Assembly (NCBI GenBank): GCA_032718475.1
Contig: JAUCBJ010008128.1
Coordinates: 1 to 64,000 of the forward strand
Origin: Nemertoderma westbladi
Taxonomy: Eukaryota > Animalia > Xenacoelomorpha
Direction of reading: 5' to 3'
DNA length: 64,000 bases
The notes beneath the pieces are model-generated. The model was given only the letters and a program-made list of their open reading frames with translations. It was not told the DNA's origin and ran no database searches. Both the position numbers and the translations under genes were made by a program. This document shows, piece by piece, positions 35,967-50,009 of this stretch (position 1 is the first letter of the stretch; each line of letters starts with the position of its first letter).

Positions 35967-36533
35967 ATGATGGGAATGTTCCAAAATACTGTACGTAGAT
36001 ACTCCAAAAACTACGATCTTGACATCAACATTAATGTAGTCACGAAGAATCCCATATCACTAGGACAAATACTAACCAAAAATAAAACTCAATCGCAAAC
36101 ACACATAAATAACACCACTAATGAGCCATGTAACTCTAGCCGCTGCCTTACATGCAAAACTATCACTAACATACAACAGACACCATGGGGTGAAAAGATA
36201 AAAGGACACTATACATGTAAGTCCCACACTGTATGTTACTTGGCCTGGTGCCACTGCCACCCTACTCTATACTACATAGGCCAAACGAGACAGAAACTTC
36301 ACGAACGCTTTAATGGACACCACAACAACATACGACACTACCCCTCACGAGCCAATGACGGAAAAACACATGAAGACATACTCCTAGCTAGGCACATATA
36401 CGGATGTGGTGTAGAAAATCTACGCGCCGCAACCATAAAACAATTCACAAACATACCCGAACTACTAGCGACGGAAGCTAACCTAATCTATACATACAAC
36501 CCCCCACTTAACGTAGCAAGACCAGCAATCTAA
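35967..36533 (+). CDS. GIY-YIG endonuclease domain of the PLE (frameshifted from RT)
   Basis: VCYLAWC...YYIGQT...ERFNGH...E..LI.....PLN. Confidence 0.85.
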   Translation: MMGMFQNTVRRYSKNYDLDININVVTKNPISLGQILTKNKTQSQTHINNTTNEPCNSSRCLTCKTITNIQQTPWGEKIKGHYTCKSHTVCYLAWCHCHPTLYYIGQTRQKLHERFNGHHNNIRHYPSRANDGKTHEDILLARHIYGCGVENLRAATIKQFTNIPELLATEANLIYTYNPPLNVARPAI

Positions 36534-36807
36534 ACCCAATGTTTTATATAATACACCCTATATTCTATATCTTACACAACTACAGTGCCCTCTATAGCGA
36601 ATTTCCGGGGTTTTTATGTGCTTTTCCCCTATGTGTGTGTTATTAGTTGAGGTTGTGGCACACCAAGAGCTGTTCGTGATTGCTGATTGGCTGCTGGCTG
36701 AATGAAAGCCCAGGCAGGAAATTGTTATGGCCTGATGTATATGGATTGGGTCTTGGTGAAGTATATTAATATTTCATCTATGTGTAGCACATAGACAGAT
36801 AGAGTAT

Positions 36808-37215
36808 TGTGGGGCGAGCCACGAAGTTGGCGGAGCCTTAGCGAATTGACACTGTTAGGGGGTGGGTCAATTTATGCAAATAGTTGTCGTCGTCACGTTG
36901 GCCCTCTAGCGGCAGACTGGAGAACTGCAGATGGATTCGCCTCCTTTGAAAGTCACAGCTAATGGTCTAATACATATCTGCCAAGTTTCAGCTTAAACGG
37001 ATTAAAAGCAAAGAAATGGGAGGGCATTTAATGTTTAGACATGTGGTCCTCTAGCGGGAGACCATTGCACTGATGGTGTCTGAAAGTCTCTCAAAAATCT
37101 AAACTTTTGCTCATATTGATACCTACAAATTTTCAACTTGGCAGCTTTAAATCCGACAAAGTTATTAGCATGTCAAAATCGTAACGACGACGACGACGAC
37201 AACGACGACGACGAC

Positions 37216-37265
<50 letters not shown>

Positions 37266-37365
37266 CGACGACGACGACGACGACGACAACTATTTGCATA
37301 AATTGACCCACCCCCTAACAGTGTCAATTCGCTAAGGCTCCGCCAACTTCGTGGCTCGCCCCACA
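36808..37365. mobile_element. Non-autonomous element with ~85-bp inverted termini and an internal (GAC)n microsatellite (Helentron/HINE- or MITE-like)
   Basis: TGTGGGGCGAGCCACGAAGTTGGCGGAGCC...ATAGTTGTCGTCGTC and its reverse complement; (GAC)n at ~37185-37290. Confidence 0.75.
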
Positions 37366-37521
37366 GGCCTAAGTAGACACAATTTTTAATAATATTACAT
37401 TGTGATTATAATACTAACTACAGTAATATACAAACTCAAAATAATTCCCAATAGTATCCCCCCCCCCCCTTTTTTTCACCCCCCCCCCCCCCTTTTTATC
37501 ACCCCCCCCCCCCAATAAAAC

Positions 37522-38955
37522 CTAAATTAGTGATAGTTGAAAGCTACATTCGCGATTGTTTAGTGTCGGGCTTAATTTTCTGATGAATAGTGCCTCTTTA
37601 ATGCGTAGATAGTATTTGGTTTGAGCTGTTCCTATAATCTTGAAGTTGTCTAAACTAAAGGTGTGCCCCGTTTCCCCCCAGTGGTTAAATACGGCTGAGT
37701 TCCTCGGAGGATTAAACTGTTTTCGCACTAATGACCTGCCTGTGTGTTCACACACGCAAACCGCCAATTGTCTTTCGGTTTCACCGAAATAGGAAGCAGT
37801 ACAACTTCCACAGGTAAATTTATAGATGACATTGGAACGTATGTGCGATGGAAGGCGGTCTTTATACGAAAACATGTCTGATATTCTACGTGTAGGTTTA
37901 AGTATAACGTTAAGATCTATGTGCGGAAAGGCTGAGCGGAATAGTTTGGAAATTCGAGATTTCAGTTGTAGGGCGTGTTTGCCAGTGTAGGGAAGTACAA
38001 AAACAATTTCACGTTTCTTAACCGTTGCCATGGTAGACTTAGCACTATGGTAGCGTTCTAGAACGTGCTTAGTGGATTTGTTTAGAAGCGAGATGGGATA
38101 GCCATTCTTAGTTAGGATTGTGAATAGTTTATTTAAATCCGTATTGAACAGTATAAACGAAGAGCTAATCATTAGTGCGCGGTATATCAGTGTGAAAGCA
38201 AGGCCAATCTTATATTTCATAGGAATAAAACTGTCAAACTTTGTGTATAGGCCGGTGAAGGTGGGCTTATGATATATTGAGGTGGAAAATGAGTTATTTT
38301 GGAGACGCGTGATTTGGACATCCAGGAATGATAATTTACCATTACTTTCAGTTTCGCATGTGAATTTTATATTAGGGTGTTTTGAGTTAAGATAAGTCAA
38401 GAATTCTAGACAGTTGGATTGTGTTTTGAAAAGAAGGAAAGTATCATCAACATACCGTCGGTACAGTAGGGGTTTAAAGGAGCCAGGGCATTCCTTTAAC
38501 CACTGTTTCTCGTGATATGCCAGGAAAGCGTTAGCAAATGACGGCCCTAGTGGACTCCCCATTGCAACGCCATCCAATTGTGAGTATAACTGTCCGTTAA
38601 AAACAAAGTTATTGTCCTTAACAGACAATTCAAGTAATTTCCTAACTGTAACGGCGTTAATTCCATTAATATCGGTTGTATCCTTAAACAATTCCTCTAC
38701 TATAATATCTATTGTCTCAGAGAGGGGGACATTTGTGAAAAGCGAGGTGACATCAAAACTAGCCATGAACAGTTTGGTATCTGGGTGGATTTCGGATATT
38801 TCCTTAACAAATGTAAATGTGTCCTTCACTGTGTAATCATTCTCAGTAATGCCTGTCATCAGTGGTACTAGGTACTTAGCTAAATTGTAGGCTGGAGTAT
38901 GAATAGATGAAATAATAGGCCTCATTGGAATATTATCTTTATGTACTTTAGGGGG
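37522..38955 (-). mobile_element. 5'-truncated Penelope/Poseidon-like element with open RT + GIY-YIG
   Basis: PKVHK..PMRPIIS, SFDVTSLFTNVP, GVAMGSPLGP, YRRYVDDTF, LSFLDV, NVIYKFTCGSCTASYFGETER. Confidence 0.92.
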
Positions 38956-39146
38956 ACTTTAGTTGAAACGTTGGTTTATGTCTGTATGTCTTATTACAGT
39001 ATTATGTATTATGTATTTGTTATTGTTTAATTTAATATTAATTTGATTTGAAATGAAGTGGAAAATTATTTCTTTGGCGATATCGTTCATTATTCTATTA
39101 AGATTTCCCTCATCAAAAACTGTTTCCGATTGTATCTTTATCTAAT

Positions 39147-39600
<454 letters not shown>

Positions 39601-40945
39601 AACAGACTTTGGCGAATAAAAATTGTATGCACTCAAAAATTGGTCTAATTGTCAGTGGCTCTTGAGGGACGTAGATCCTACTAAAGCCATTTTCGTCACA
39701 GTAGCTATTCACTAATACTGTAGGCTACAAATTAATAATTATTATGTTAATATTTGTAAAAGCTTTTGCGGATATACTCAGTCCCCCTCGCCCGCAAGGT
39801 ACCGTTATAGGTGTTTTAACGGACATAAAAGTCATTCTTCTATATGTGTGCTTTGGTGGACATGGTAAGGCAAAAAACCCGCAATGCGTCAAATACCCTG
39901 GCACAGCTTAGCCTTGATGATTCAGATTACGACATCTAACAGCTGGTTGCTGACATGGAAACGGCCATTGGACACATGGTTCTTTGTTTAGCTTAACAGC
40001 CAATCAGAGCGATTTTTTCTGTCGATGTGGAGATATTTGGCAGATCATGCTAGGAGTGTTCAGTCTTACTGTTTTTTCTTGATACTGTTGTGTTGTTTCT
40101 ATCTAGGCCAGGAACACCGGCTCTAGAGTCAATTCGTTTCAGACTTTAGAAGAAACATTAGTAGGCTTAAGATTATAGAGCGTATAACTGTTATCATAAC
40201 ACAACTCACATAACATATCACATAACTTGTCATATCATATCTTAACCTACCATCTTAATGCTTTTTACTGTTGTCATATTTTGTATCAGTTGGTTGAATA
40301 TTATTTGGAGAACATTTATAAAGAACCCAAATTTCCCAATTTTCTTGATACACTACAGGTTAGAGAGACAGGTTACATATAGCGATTGCGACTTATATTA
40401 TTGTGGTTTGTAGTGAATTTAATGCTATTTGATAAGCACTACATGAGTCAGTTGCTGTTCTCTTTATATATGATAAAATTCATTGACGGTCGGCAAATTA
40501 GTGAGTATTGTGTGTTACCGGTAGTGTGCATGATTGTGACTGATAACTAAGCATTTCCTAAAGAATGCGCCTCATACGTGAATCATAAGCCTTACCGACT
40601 TACCGTTGTGATTGGTATAAGTCATATCTCTGTTTACCTAGATAGAGCGCTACGTCCTAAAGGAACTGTTAATATTTCCCGAAAGTGAATAATATTGGTC
40701 AGAAATTATTTATTAGCGATCAATCGAATAATACAGTAAGCTTACACTGCAATAATAATCTAAGCCCTCAGAATCCAGTCTCCCGGGTATATCCAGCGGG
40801 TGAATGGACGCGCACTAGGCTGGCTTCTGCTAATGTTGTGTTTATTGGTATTAGATACTTGTCATTTTCTAAAGTCTATTTATAAACCAAAAGACATATA
40901 AATTTTGGCAGGTTAAACTGCTAAAGGTCTTCAAAAGCGCGTACA

Positions 40946-40954
40946 ATAACAGTT
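40946..40954 (+). promoter_or_regulatory. Non-tRNA primer-binding site of B2 (candidate self-priming site)
   Basis: ATAACAGTT flush with the LTR; complement AACTGTTAT at 40186-40194, at the position homologous to the B1 site. Confidence 0.7.
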
Positions 40955-41006
40955 CTGTCTTTATTGCAGTAAGCAATAAAGTTGAAAGTACTGGTCGACC
41001 GGTAAA

Positions 41007-41248
41007 CCAGAACCGGTACTGCTGTAGGTCCGTAGGCCCAACTGCCAGAATCGGTACTGCTGTAGGTCAGTAGGCCCAACTGCCAGAACCGGTACTGCTG
41101 TAGGTCCGTAGGCCCAACTGCCAGAACCGGTACTGCTGTAGGTCCGTAGGCCTAACTGCCAGAACCGGTACTGCTGTAGGTCCGTAGGCCTAACTGCCAG
41201 AACCGGTACTGCTGTAGGTCTGTAGGCCCAACTGTCCTAACCGGTACT
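41007..41248 (+). repeat. 38-bp tandem repeat (~6 copies) in the B2 leader
   Basis: CCAGAACCGGTACTGCTGTAGGTCCGTAGGCCCAACTG at 41007, 41045, 41083 and onward. Confidence 0.9.
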
Positions 41249-42632
41249 TCCAGTACAAGTACATTAGTATTATTTCGATTGTGATCTATAGTATATTGTA
41301 GGCTGCCAGGGGAATAGGGATTGATCACCCCTCATTCTTTTGTATAGTTTACTTATTTCTGTCAGTTTTATTTCCTAGTAAGTTAATATTGAGCAGAAGG
41401 CGTGTAACCCTGCTCAGATTGTTCAGATAATTGTAGGCTGGACTGTTGTCTGACCGTTGTTGAGTCTGGAGAGATTGCGGCGTGTGTGGAGTTTGTCCGA
41501 TAAAGTGCCAGTTAGTAAGTTGGGGCAGCCATAGCTGTAAGGTCAATCCCCTCTTAAAGAATAAGTCGTACTACCGTGTTAGAACGCATACTAACTAACC
41601 ATTTTGGAATCTGCACATACTGTAGTTTATTTAGGCTTGACAGTATTCTGCCAGCGTTTTGGCCTGTGTTTGTTTGTGTGGTCTGTTCAGGTACCGTAAT
41701 AGTTATTACTCAGATATTTTGTAGGCTGGATTGTTGTCTAGCTATTATTAGGTCTGAAGAGATTGCTGCATGTGTAGAGTTTGTCTGATAAAGTGCCAGT
41801 TAGTAAGTTGGGGCAGCCAGAGCTGTAAGGTCAATCCCCTCTTAAAGAATAAGTCGTGCTACCGTGTTAGAACGCATACTAACTAACCATTTTGGAAACT
41901 GCACATACTGTAGTTTATTTAGGCTTGATGGTAGTCTGCCAGCGTTTGGTTTGTATTTTGTTTGAGTATTCTGTACGGGTAGCGTAATATTTATTATTCA
42001 GAGTTTATGCGATTATTCGCAACATTCATGTCCCCAAGTTTATTCCTACAGTAATTGTGCTTGTTACACATACCGTTATAGTTAAATTAACCCCGGTACT
42101 ACACGGGCTGCTTGGCGTAGGTAAAGACTGGTGACTTTGTGCTCCGGTCACTCCAGCAGATGCCGTGGTTCTTTAGCTGTTCAAGTATTTTTAACTACTG
42201 ATTATTTGTTGTACCAGTACTTGTACCTAATTTAGGGTTTAGTGTACAGTGCTTTCCGAAGGTAATTAGTGTGTAGGCAGTATATTTGTGTTGTAAAGTG
42301 GTTAATAGGCACGTTGGTTCTGGTAGACCGCGGTAATTAACTTCTAGGTAGGGACACTCCGTGATACATAACGTAGTACCTATAGCGATACGGTTATAGG
42401 TCGTCAGGCGGTGGTATTTTCCTATCTGGACAACACAGTGTATTTACTACTACTTATTATTTTCAAATACCGTAGTATCCTGTCCGTTTGTAATAACCAG
42501 AATTTCTAGCCCTCTGTTAGACTGGTTTGTAGTTCCCTGTAAAATTACCCTAAAATTTCGTACGTAATATTTTTGTTGTGTTTAATTAGAGATTTAATCT
42601 CACCCGTATCGTAAGTAATTCGTAGATAAGTA

Positions 42633-43666
42633 GATAGATAGATAGATTTATTTATACATTATGTAAAAACAATAACAAATACACCAAACAATGTACCGGT
42701 ATAAAGGTATTGTCCAACATAACATATAGGATTACCCCTAAAGCTTTGCAGCTTATTTCCAAGGGGGTCCTTTATGTTACTTGGTTACAAATACAATATT
42801 ACACTACGCTAACCTAAAACCAATATAAAACGTAATTACACTATGTACATGTACAACTTTACCGAGAGCGTGACAATGCCCGACTCAACGATAAAGATGT
42901 AATGTACAGAACAATTTATTATAAAACGTAATTACAGTATAAATAGTAAATAATTAATAAACTAATAACTTACTGTAGGACTATTGTACCTATTTTTACA
43001 TTGCACACGGAGATGAGATTTAACTGCAGATTTAAAAGAATGTTGATTATTTAGGTTTTTAATTTCATTAGGCAGAGCGTTCCAATTTTTTATGCCGTTA
43101 AAAAAGAAAGTATCAGATTCAAAGGATTTACAATTCGGGAGGTAGAAGTTTGAAGCACTAGCTCTGGTACTATAAGAGTGTGTATCGCGTACTCTGTTGA
43201 ATTTTTGTTTTAGGTAATTGGGACATTTACCATTATACACTTTATGCACATGGTTAAGGCGTAGCTGCTTAACTCTACTATCTAAGTTAAGTAGTCCAGA
43301 TTCAGAAAAGTCATCTGGAGTTAGGTGGTGCCTAGGTTTGTAGTCTTTAATAAATCGTACTACTTTATTCTGAGCTACTTGTAATTTACATTTAAGCTGT
43401 TTGGTTAAGCCTTCATACCAAGAAGAGCACGCATAGTCCATGTGACACTGTATTAAAGAAGAGCAAAGTAACTTGCGGGAGTCGGTGTTCAAACTATTTT
43501 TATTTCTGTATAGAAACCTTAGCCTACTGTTAACTTTCGAGAAAATATTTTTCACTGTACTTTCTCCTGATAAGCAGTTATCCAATGTGGCGCCTAAATA
43601 TTTAACTTCCTTTTTATTTTCAATCTTATGTCCATTACTAGTGACTTCAAACTTAGTTACCTTCTT
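42633..43666 (-). mobile_element. 5'-truncated L2/Crack-like LINE in the B2 leader
   Basis: VKYLGATLD, RLRFLYR, IQCHMDYACSSWY, HSYSTR, WNALPNEIK; AATAAA plus (TCTA)n tail; TSD TAAGTA (42627-42632, 43667-43672); absent from B1. Confidence 0.88.
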
Positions 43667-44357
43667 TAAGTAACTTAGGAAGTAGGATTATTTGTTTTAG
43701 TGTCCAATAAGTAGTACTTCACTGAGAGCGTACAGCTTCGGTGTAGGGACTCCTTCCCAGAAATAATAACATCTATTTCAATATTGTAACAAAACCCCTC
43801 ATACGGGTACATATAAATCCACTAAATCTATTAATAAAATAGTAGGCCTGTTATACAACACTTAGGTCTTAATATCAGTTGGACTACTGCTTAAATAACG
43901 GTAATAAAGTAAGTTAAAGTAACCAAGTAACCCTAAAATATTCAGAAATTCAATTATTCTAAAATAATTGACATACCGGTATTTACCATAGGCTTATTAC
44001 CTTTATTTCTATAAATTTGGGCTGAAATCATACCGGTATTCTGTAATTAATTCTAGTTCATAATTATACTTATATATACTATAAGTGTAAGCTGCATACC
44101 GGTATTCACGATAGGCCTATTATATATTTATATATATTTGTGCTAAAATTATATACCGGTACTCTGTGACAAATCTAGTCTGTAATAATACTTATATATA
44201 TACTATAAGCATACCGGTATTCTAATATATTATATATATATCACGCTACACTGAGTAGCAGTATCGGTAATTAATTATTAGGCTAACAGTGATACTGAAT
44301 TACTAGACTTGTTTTAACTGTATTTATAGCCGTAGGCATTCAACTGTGTAAACAAAC

Positions 44358-46271
44358 ATGTCAGACACAACCCAATCACTGTCGGATAGTCTCTTAGAAA
44401 GTGTTAGAATGACTGTTAGACAGTGTCTTAAAAAGATCAATGACCCAGATCCAAGTCTAGAACATCCTAGATCCAAGTCTAAGTCACCTACTATTGTAAA
44501 AAAGGCCATCCCTACTGTAGTAGTGTCAGACCCTAGGCTAGTAGAACAACGTAGGTCTATCATCGGCACTCGGGCCCAAGTCAAGCGGGATCAAGAAGCA
44601 GCTGTCAAACAGCAGCAACATCCTAGCCAAGAACCTAGTTCTCAGCGGCCCGATAGCTCCAGTAGTTCGGATACTCCTGAGCGGACGCCCGAACGCGGAG
44701 CGAAGATGGCGGATACGGTTTATGATGAGTGGCCAACCTTTGAAGAATCAACCGACGCCACTTCTTCTCAAGTGGAAAGCGAAGTGGAAAGCGAATTAAC
44801 AGCAGCAGAGAAGCCGCGAACTAGAGACGCCATTGACATCTATCTGTCAGACTATCAGCGATTCCTAGGAGACGAAGAGTTGAGGAGACGACTGTCTGGA
44901 CTTCGCCCTAATAGTGAAGGAACCAAGCTTGTGTTGGACGCAATCGATGCGGAAATGTTAGCTGCGAACCAAGCTAAATTTGATGAACGACTCCGCCTCG
45001 TTAGAGTCCAAGAAGAACAAATAAAGAAAAAACAGATAGAGGACCGAAAGGCAGCAGCAGTAACGGCGGCAGAAGCAGAAGCAGAAAGAAAGGCAGTGGC
45101 GGCAGAAGCAGAATCAAAAAGAAAAGCAACGGCGGCAGAGGCAGAAGCAAAAAGAAAAGCAGCGGTGGCAGAAGCAGAACGGAGAGCGTCTGAGGAGACG
45201 ACCCAACTAGAGTTGGAAAATCTGCAAGAGACGCAAGACAACATAAATAAACAGTTAACTGCTAGTCACATGCAGATGATGAGTCGATTTACTCCCAAAC
45301 GCCAAGAATACACATCATCGGAAGAAGGCGAGACCACCGATCCTGAAGGCGGAGGAAATAGATCTCGTCTAAGCAGGCTTAGAAAAACATCTCACCATCA
45401 CAAATTGCCTGATTTGCCCCCAGCGGTTAGAAGACAACTAGCTAGCACAGACTTAGGTAGTACAGAACCTACAGAACAAATTATTCAGGTCAAAAGACTC
45501 CCTACAATAGTTGATGAGCCTGAAATAATTAGGCCTGTCGTTCCCAAAGCCACTCCTGTGCTAGAGACCCCTGTACTTCCAGAGCTTAACTCTAAATTCC
45601 CTCTACACAGTACTACACTGCCTGTACCCGGTAGAACAGTCCATGAGAATATCCCTGTCCTGGAAGCTGAGAGAGAAATCAAAGATTTGTCTCCCGTCGT
45701 CCCGCGTCAGCCCGCTACAATGTTGGCGACTCCCGCTTCGGCGGTCGAGTGGGTAGAGGAGGGACGGCGGGGGATGAATCTCCTGCTCGGACAGATGCAG
45801 GAGACTGTCCACCAACTTAAGGGAACAGTAAGGGAAGGTAGGGCCGAATTGCAAGAAGTGCAGCAAAGTATCGCTCTAGAACGCGACAAATTAGTCAATA
45901 TACAAAAAGCGATACCAATACCCCCTGTAACATTGTGTCAACCTGTTAGGTCTGAAGTATTACATGCACAAGGTGTGGAGCCTACACGCATCTATACTGC
46001 TAGTGAAGTAGAAACTCCTATAGCAAACCCTATTGAGGGTGATTATAAACCTGTTGTTAATGATATTCCCTATAGACCTGATAATAATCCGAGAAATTTA
46101 TATACCGATAATTCGATATTAAATAACACGATGGCCCAAGAAAGCTTTACGCGTCAGATGGCTAGAACAGAAGCCCGCCAAGCGGTCAAAGTGGGAGAAA
46201 TCGTCAAATTCAATGGAGATGAGATGAGATTCAATGCAGATAGGCTGATAAGGGGGGGGGGGGGGGGGTAA
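44358..46271 (+). pseudogene. Truncated BEL/Pao Gag of B2
   Basis: Clear homology to the B1 ORF N-terminus with an internal in-frame gap; the last ~14 codons are unrelated flank. Confidence 0.88.
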
Positions 46272-46904
46272 CTTCGAATAAAAGTTTACCCCTCTCCTGC
46301 CAGGTGAAATTCGATGCAAATTACATTACAAATTACACAAATTACATCAAAAATAAATCTCGGTTGGTTAGTTTTCCAAGCGGCGTCAAGAAGAGTTAAC
46401 TGGTTAATAGGTAGGTACTGCACTGCTGGCGCATCCTGGGGCTCGGCTGGCAGCTGGCGGACACCGGCTGTCACTCATCCTGGACCTGTCCTGCATTGTT
46501 TATTTGACATAAGGTAGCGGCAGCCACACTCTTTAAATCGGCAGTGATTTTTTATGTCCTTTTATTTGACTTTTTTGTCATTTTTTTTTTACGAATTATG
46601 CATAATGACTTTTGTTGTCCATTTAATGACTTTTATTTTTCTTTTAATGACTTTTTATGTATGTATTTCTTCAAACTGTCAGACTGCTGATTTCTGGACT
46701 GTCAGACAGTTGATTTCACTATGCCTGTCTGCCTGTGCCAAAACATTCCATGATTCCATGATTTATAGACTATGAGATAGATTTCCATATGCGCCTGTGG
46801 TAAAAAGACTCTATATTTAATAGTTTGTGGTTGTTGTCGATAATCGATTACCACATGACGTAGCAAAACACTCATTTTATAGCCAAAAACAATTACCAAT
46901 TGAT

Positions 46905-47400
46905 GGAAAGGAGCAGGTTAAGGCCGAGTTTTCTAACCAAAACAATAAACAGTCACTTTACCAAATCAGGGAAAGGAGCAGGTTACAGAGACGGGATTTT
47001 CTAACCAAAACAATAAACGATCACTTAACTAATTGAGGGAAAGGAGCAGGTTACAGAGGCGGGATTTTCTAACCAAAACAATAAACGATCACTTAACTTA
47101 TTGAGGGAAAGGAGCAGGTTACAGAGGCGGGATTTTCTAACCAAAACAATAAACGATCATTTAACTAATTGAGGGAAAGGGACAGGTTACAGAGGCGGAA
47201 TTTTCTAACCAAAACAATAAACGATCACTTAACTTATTGAGGAAAAGGAGCAGGTTACAGAGGCTGGATTTTCTAACCAAAACAATAAACGATCATTTAA
47301 CTAATTGAGGGAAAGGGACAGGTTACAGAGGCGGAATTTTCTAACCAAAACAATAAACGATCACTTAACTAATTGAGGGAAAGGATCAGGTTACAGAGAC
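46905..47400 (+). repeat. 68-bp tandem repeat (~7 copies)
   Basis: GAGGGAAAGGAGCAGGTTACAGAGGCGGGATTTTCTAACCAAAACAATAAACGATCACTTAACTAATT; unit starts at 47035, 47103, 47171 and onward. Confidence 0.92.
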
Positions 47401-48125
47401 GATAAAACTAATACAGTAATAGGCCTAAATTATGTGAAAGGTATATCCACATTTTAAAAATCCTGCAATCCAGTTTGGCCTATCAATTATTTAAAATTTA
47501 TTAGCACAACCGGTATGCCTACCTGCTACCATTACCGTATTTAAATGGTAGGCTACACAGTAGGCCTATAGCAGTACCGGTGCCGGTACCGGTATTAAAA
47601 TACAGAAATACCTGCTTTATACCTAAATCTGTACATACAATACAGCAAAATAGTGCTATATATACTAATACCGGTACTGATAGCCTGAGAGAACAGCAGT
47701 AGAGAAACCGGTAGCATGGAACCTAACATTAGACTTTTGGAGGACATAAAAAATAAAAAAAAAGGACAAAAAAAGGATTTAAACGGACAATAAAATTATG
47801 CGCTTTAAATCACTTAGCTTTAAGAAGGCCTACCTGTTTTCAGTCTGCATGCGTGTTGTGCACTTCTTACTGGTCCGCAATGCCTAATCTAATATCACAT
47901 ATGGATTATTCTCCATAGGAATACATTACATACGCACATACGCGTATGTGCATACGGATACGGCAAATGCATACGGATACGGATACGGCGAAAAGTTAAA
48001 CCCGTTATTATTGAGTTTCGTTTATTTTTTGGTTATAATAACGTGTCACTGTAACCTGCTTCTTTCACTAAATCTATATTTTTACATTGAGGCGGGATAC
48101 GGTTAATTCACCAAGATGGGATTTG

Positions 48126-48189
48126 AAAAGATTACGGTAAAGCAAAAAAAAAGGGGGGGGGGGCTTTTTTTGCTTTACCGTAATCTTTT
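48126..48189. repeat. Hairpin with ~25-bp stem and G-run loop
   Basis: AAAAGATTACGGTAAAGCAAAAAAA ... TTTTTTTGCTTTACCGTAATCTTTT. Confidence 0.85.
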
Positions 48190-48508
48190 TCGCTAGATTT
48201 GAATGGATTACAGGCTACAGTATAAGTAAGAAGGCCTTGGCTTACACATGCAACTTTTGTTACGGCAACAAGGTTCTTTGTATCGAGTTTATCAGAACAG
48301 TCTAAATTGTTTTGGTTTTGTGTTTGTATTACAGTATTAGATGGTTGTCCGTTACAGTCTTAATTATTTAGGAAATATTTTTTTTGAATAATATTTACTT
48401 TGAAATTCGGTCCATCAATATTATCCATACGGTACATTTTTCTATTAGTAATTGGAGTTCGAGCTAATGTGTATATTTTTTTATATATTTTTTTATTTTT
48501 TTATCTAG

Positions 48509-48691
48509 ATCAATATGTATCCAATTCCCCATATAAAGATTCGACAACATACACTATTGATCTACCGGAAGATGGTCATCAAGAGTCCGTTACATTAGAA
48601 CCCTTAGATTATCTGAGTAACAGCTACAACAACGTGTTTGAGATTCACTGCCCACCACAGCGCGATAACCTTAACAATAATTGTAATAGAG
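48509..48691 (+). CDS. Predicted upstream exon of the tyrosine recombinase gene
   Basis: Pyrimidine tract + TAG acceptor, open phase 1-1 (DQYVSNSP...NCNR), GTGAGT donor. Confidence 0.5.
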
Positions 48692-49251
48692 GTGAGTTAA
48701 GTTTTAAACCTGCATTACATTTCTGGGATGAGAGTGGGGGGACTCGACCACTGGACGCTCATCCCAATCTCGGTTAATTAATATCCCGTCTCAATGTTAA
48801 ATTCTAAATTTAGGGAAAGGATCAGGTTACAGTGGCACATTATTTTAACCAAAACAATAAACTAAATACATTAGAACAGGTTAGTACGATTAGGTTAGTA
48901 GGTTAGAACAGTCCCAACCCCCCCCCCCCCCCCCCCTATCTGGCCTTTCGAATGCGAATTTCATTATTTGATTATTGTTAAACCTGAAATAAACCTTTTA
49001 AACTTGTTATCCAATTATTATTTACATAAATAAATTGTATTTCTGAACAACTTTTACAATATTATTTGCATAAGCCTTCTGTTTGTAAAAGTAGCACTAG
49101 GGGGCGTTCACAATGGACTACTAGCAAACACCGGTACCACATTTACTGTATAAATATTTAGGTGGTAGGGTGGTGGTGGGGGTTCTGTCTATACCGTAGT
49201 TTATCTATCTATAGTAAAGTATACAAGGTGTCTTATTTATTTTATTTAAAG

Positions 49252-49404
49252 TAACCGAATTAGACGATCTGGAGGACATAATTGAAGAAGATGAAGATAA
49301 TGATGAAAATTCCGCCGAAGCCGATTATTCTACCGATGGCGATAATTCCACAGATACCGGAAGTGATAATTCCGCCGATGAAGATAATTACGGAAAACAA
49401 GGAG
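49252..49404 (+). CDS. Predicted acidic exon of the tyrosine recombinase gene
   Basis: AAG acceptor, phase 1-1, VTELDDLEDIIEEDEDNDENSAEADYSTDGD..., GTAGGC donor. Confidence 0.5.
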
Positions 49405-49517
49405 GTAGGCCTATATATCAATAAATATTTACTTAAATAGTTATAAACTTAAACTTGTTTTTTACCACTATTTCGCTTTATCTTTTATTAAAGAAATAAG
49501 CTACAAAAAAGTACAAA

Positions 49518-49553
<36 letters not shown>

Positions 49554-50009
49554 ACACCATTTTCGGACAACTCTTCGATTTATCACTCTTAGCGTTTCAC
49601 AATTGTTTGGTTTTGACTAAAATTTTGAATATAGGTGCCTAAGATGCTATTCTACATGATAGGTCAGAAAAAAATATTTTTTCGCTATTTAATATTATTT
49701 AATACTAGTTAACAATAAAAATAACTTGGTTGCGCTTAAAACCCTAAGGCTTTTACAGTTTTGAATCTAATCACATGAAAGTTTTTTTATATGATAGATC
49801 AAAGATGGGGCAACATAACTATCAGGCGAAATTTTGTGAAAATAGTAATTTCAAAAGGATTCCCTAAATGGAAATTTACATAACTTGAAAACTAAAAGAG
49901 CTATTAAATAGCGGTTTTCAGATTTGGAAACACCATTCAATGGTGCATTATAATATATCATAAAAAAATTCCGACATATTTTGGACCAAAATGGTGTACC
50001 CCCCCTTAA
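49518..50009. mobile_element. Kolobok-like MITE in a predicted intron
   Basis: TIRs GGGGGGTACACCATTTT / AAAATGGTGTACCCCCCC flanked by TTTA and TTAA; left G-run expanded to ~31. Confidence 0.65.

Larger units (their letters stand above)
29060..36600 (+). mobile_element. Penelope-like element (Neptune-like RT + GIY-YIG) with two internal repeat expansions and a few lesions
   Basis: LLELGKNFIP, GDKSGNTVILD, KDHK...GRPIVA, SLDVVDMYTNI, GAAMGSSFS, YKRFVDD (~35485-35505), LPFLDV, LYKKPT, CNSSRCLTC linker, YYIGQTRQKLHERFNGH. Ends approximate. Confidence 0.88.
39755..46227 (+). mobile_element. Element B2: diverged, 3'-truncated relative of B1 (5' LTR, leader, partial gag)
   Basis: LTR TGTAAAAGCTTTTGC...GCGCGTACA (39755-40945) homologous to the B1 LTR; leader collinear with B1; gag stops matching at KFNGDEM. 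Confidence 0.9.

Noticed and set aside
37133-37335. Poly-Arg / poly-Asp ORFs
   Set aside because: Translations of the (GAC)n microsatellite.
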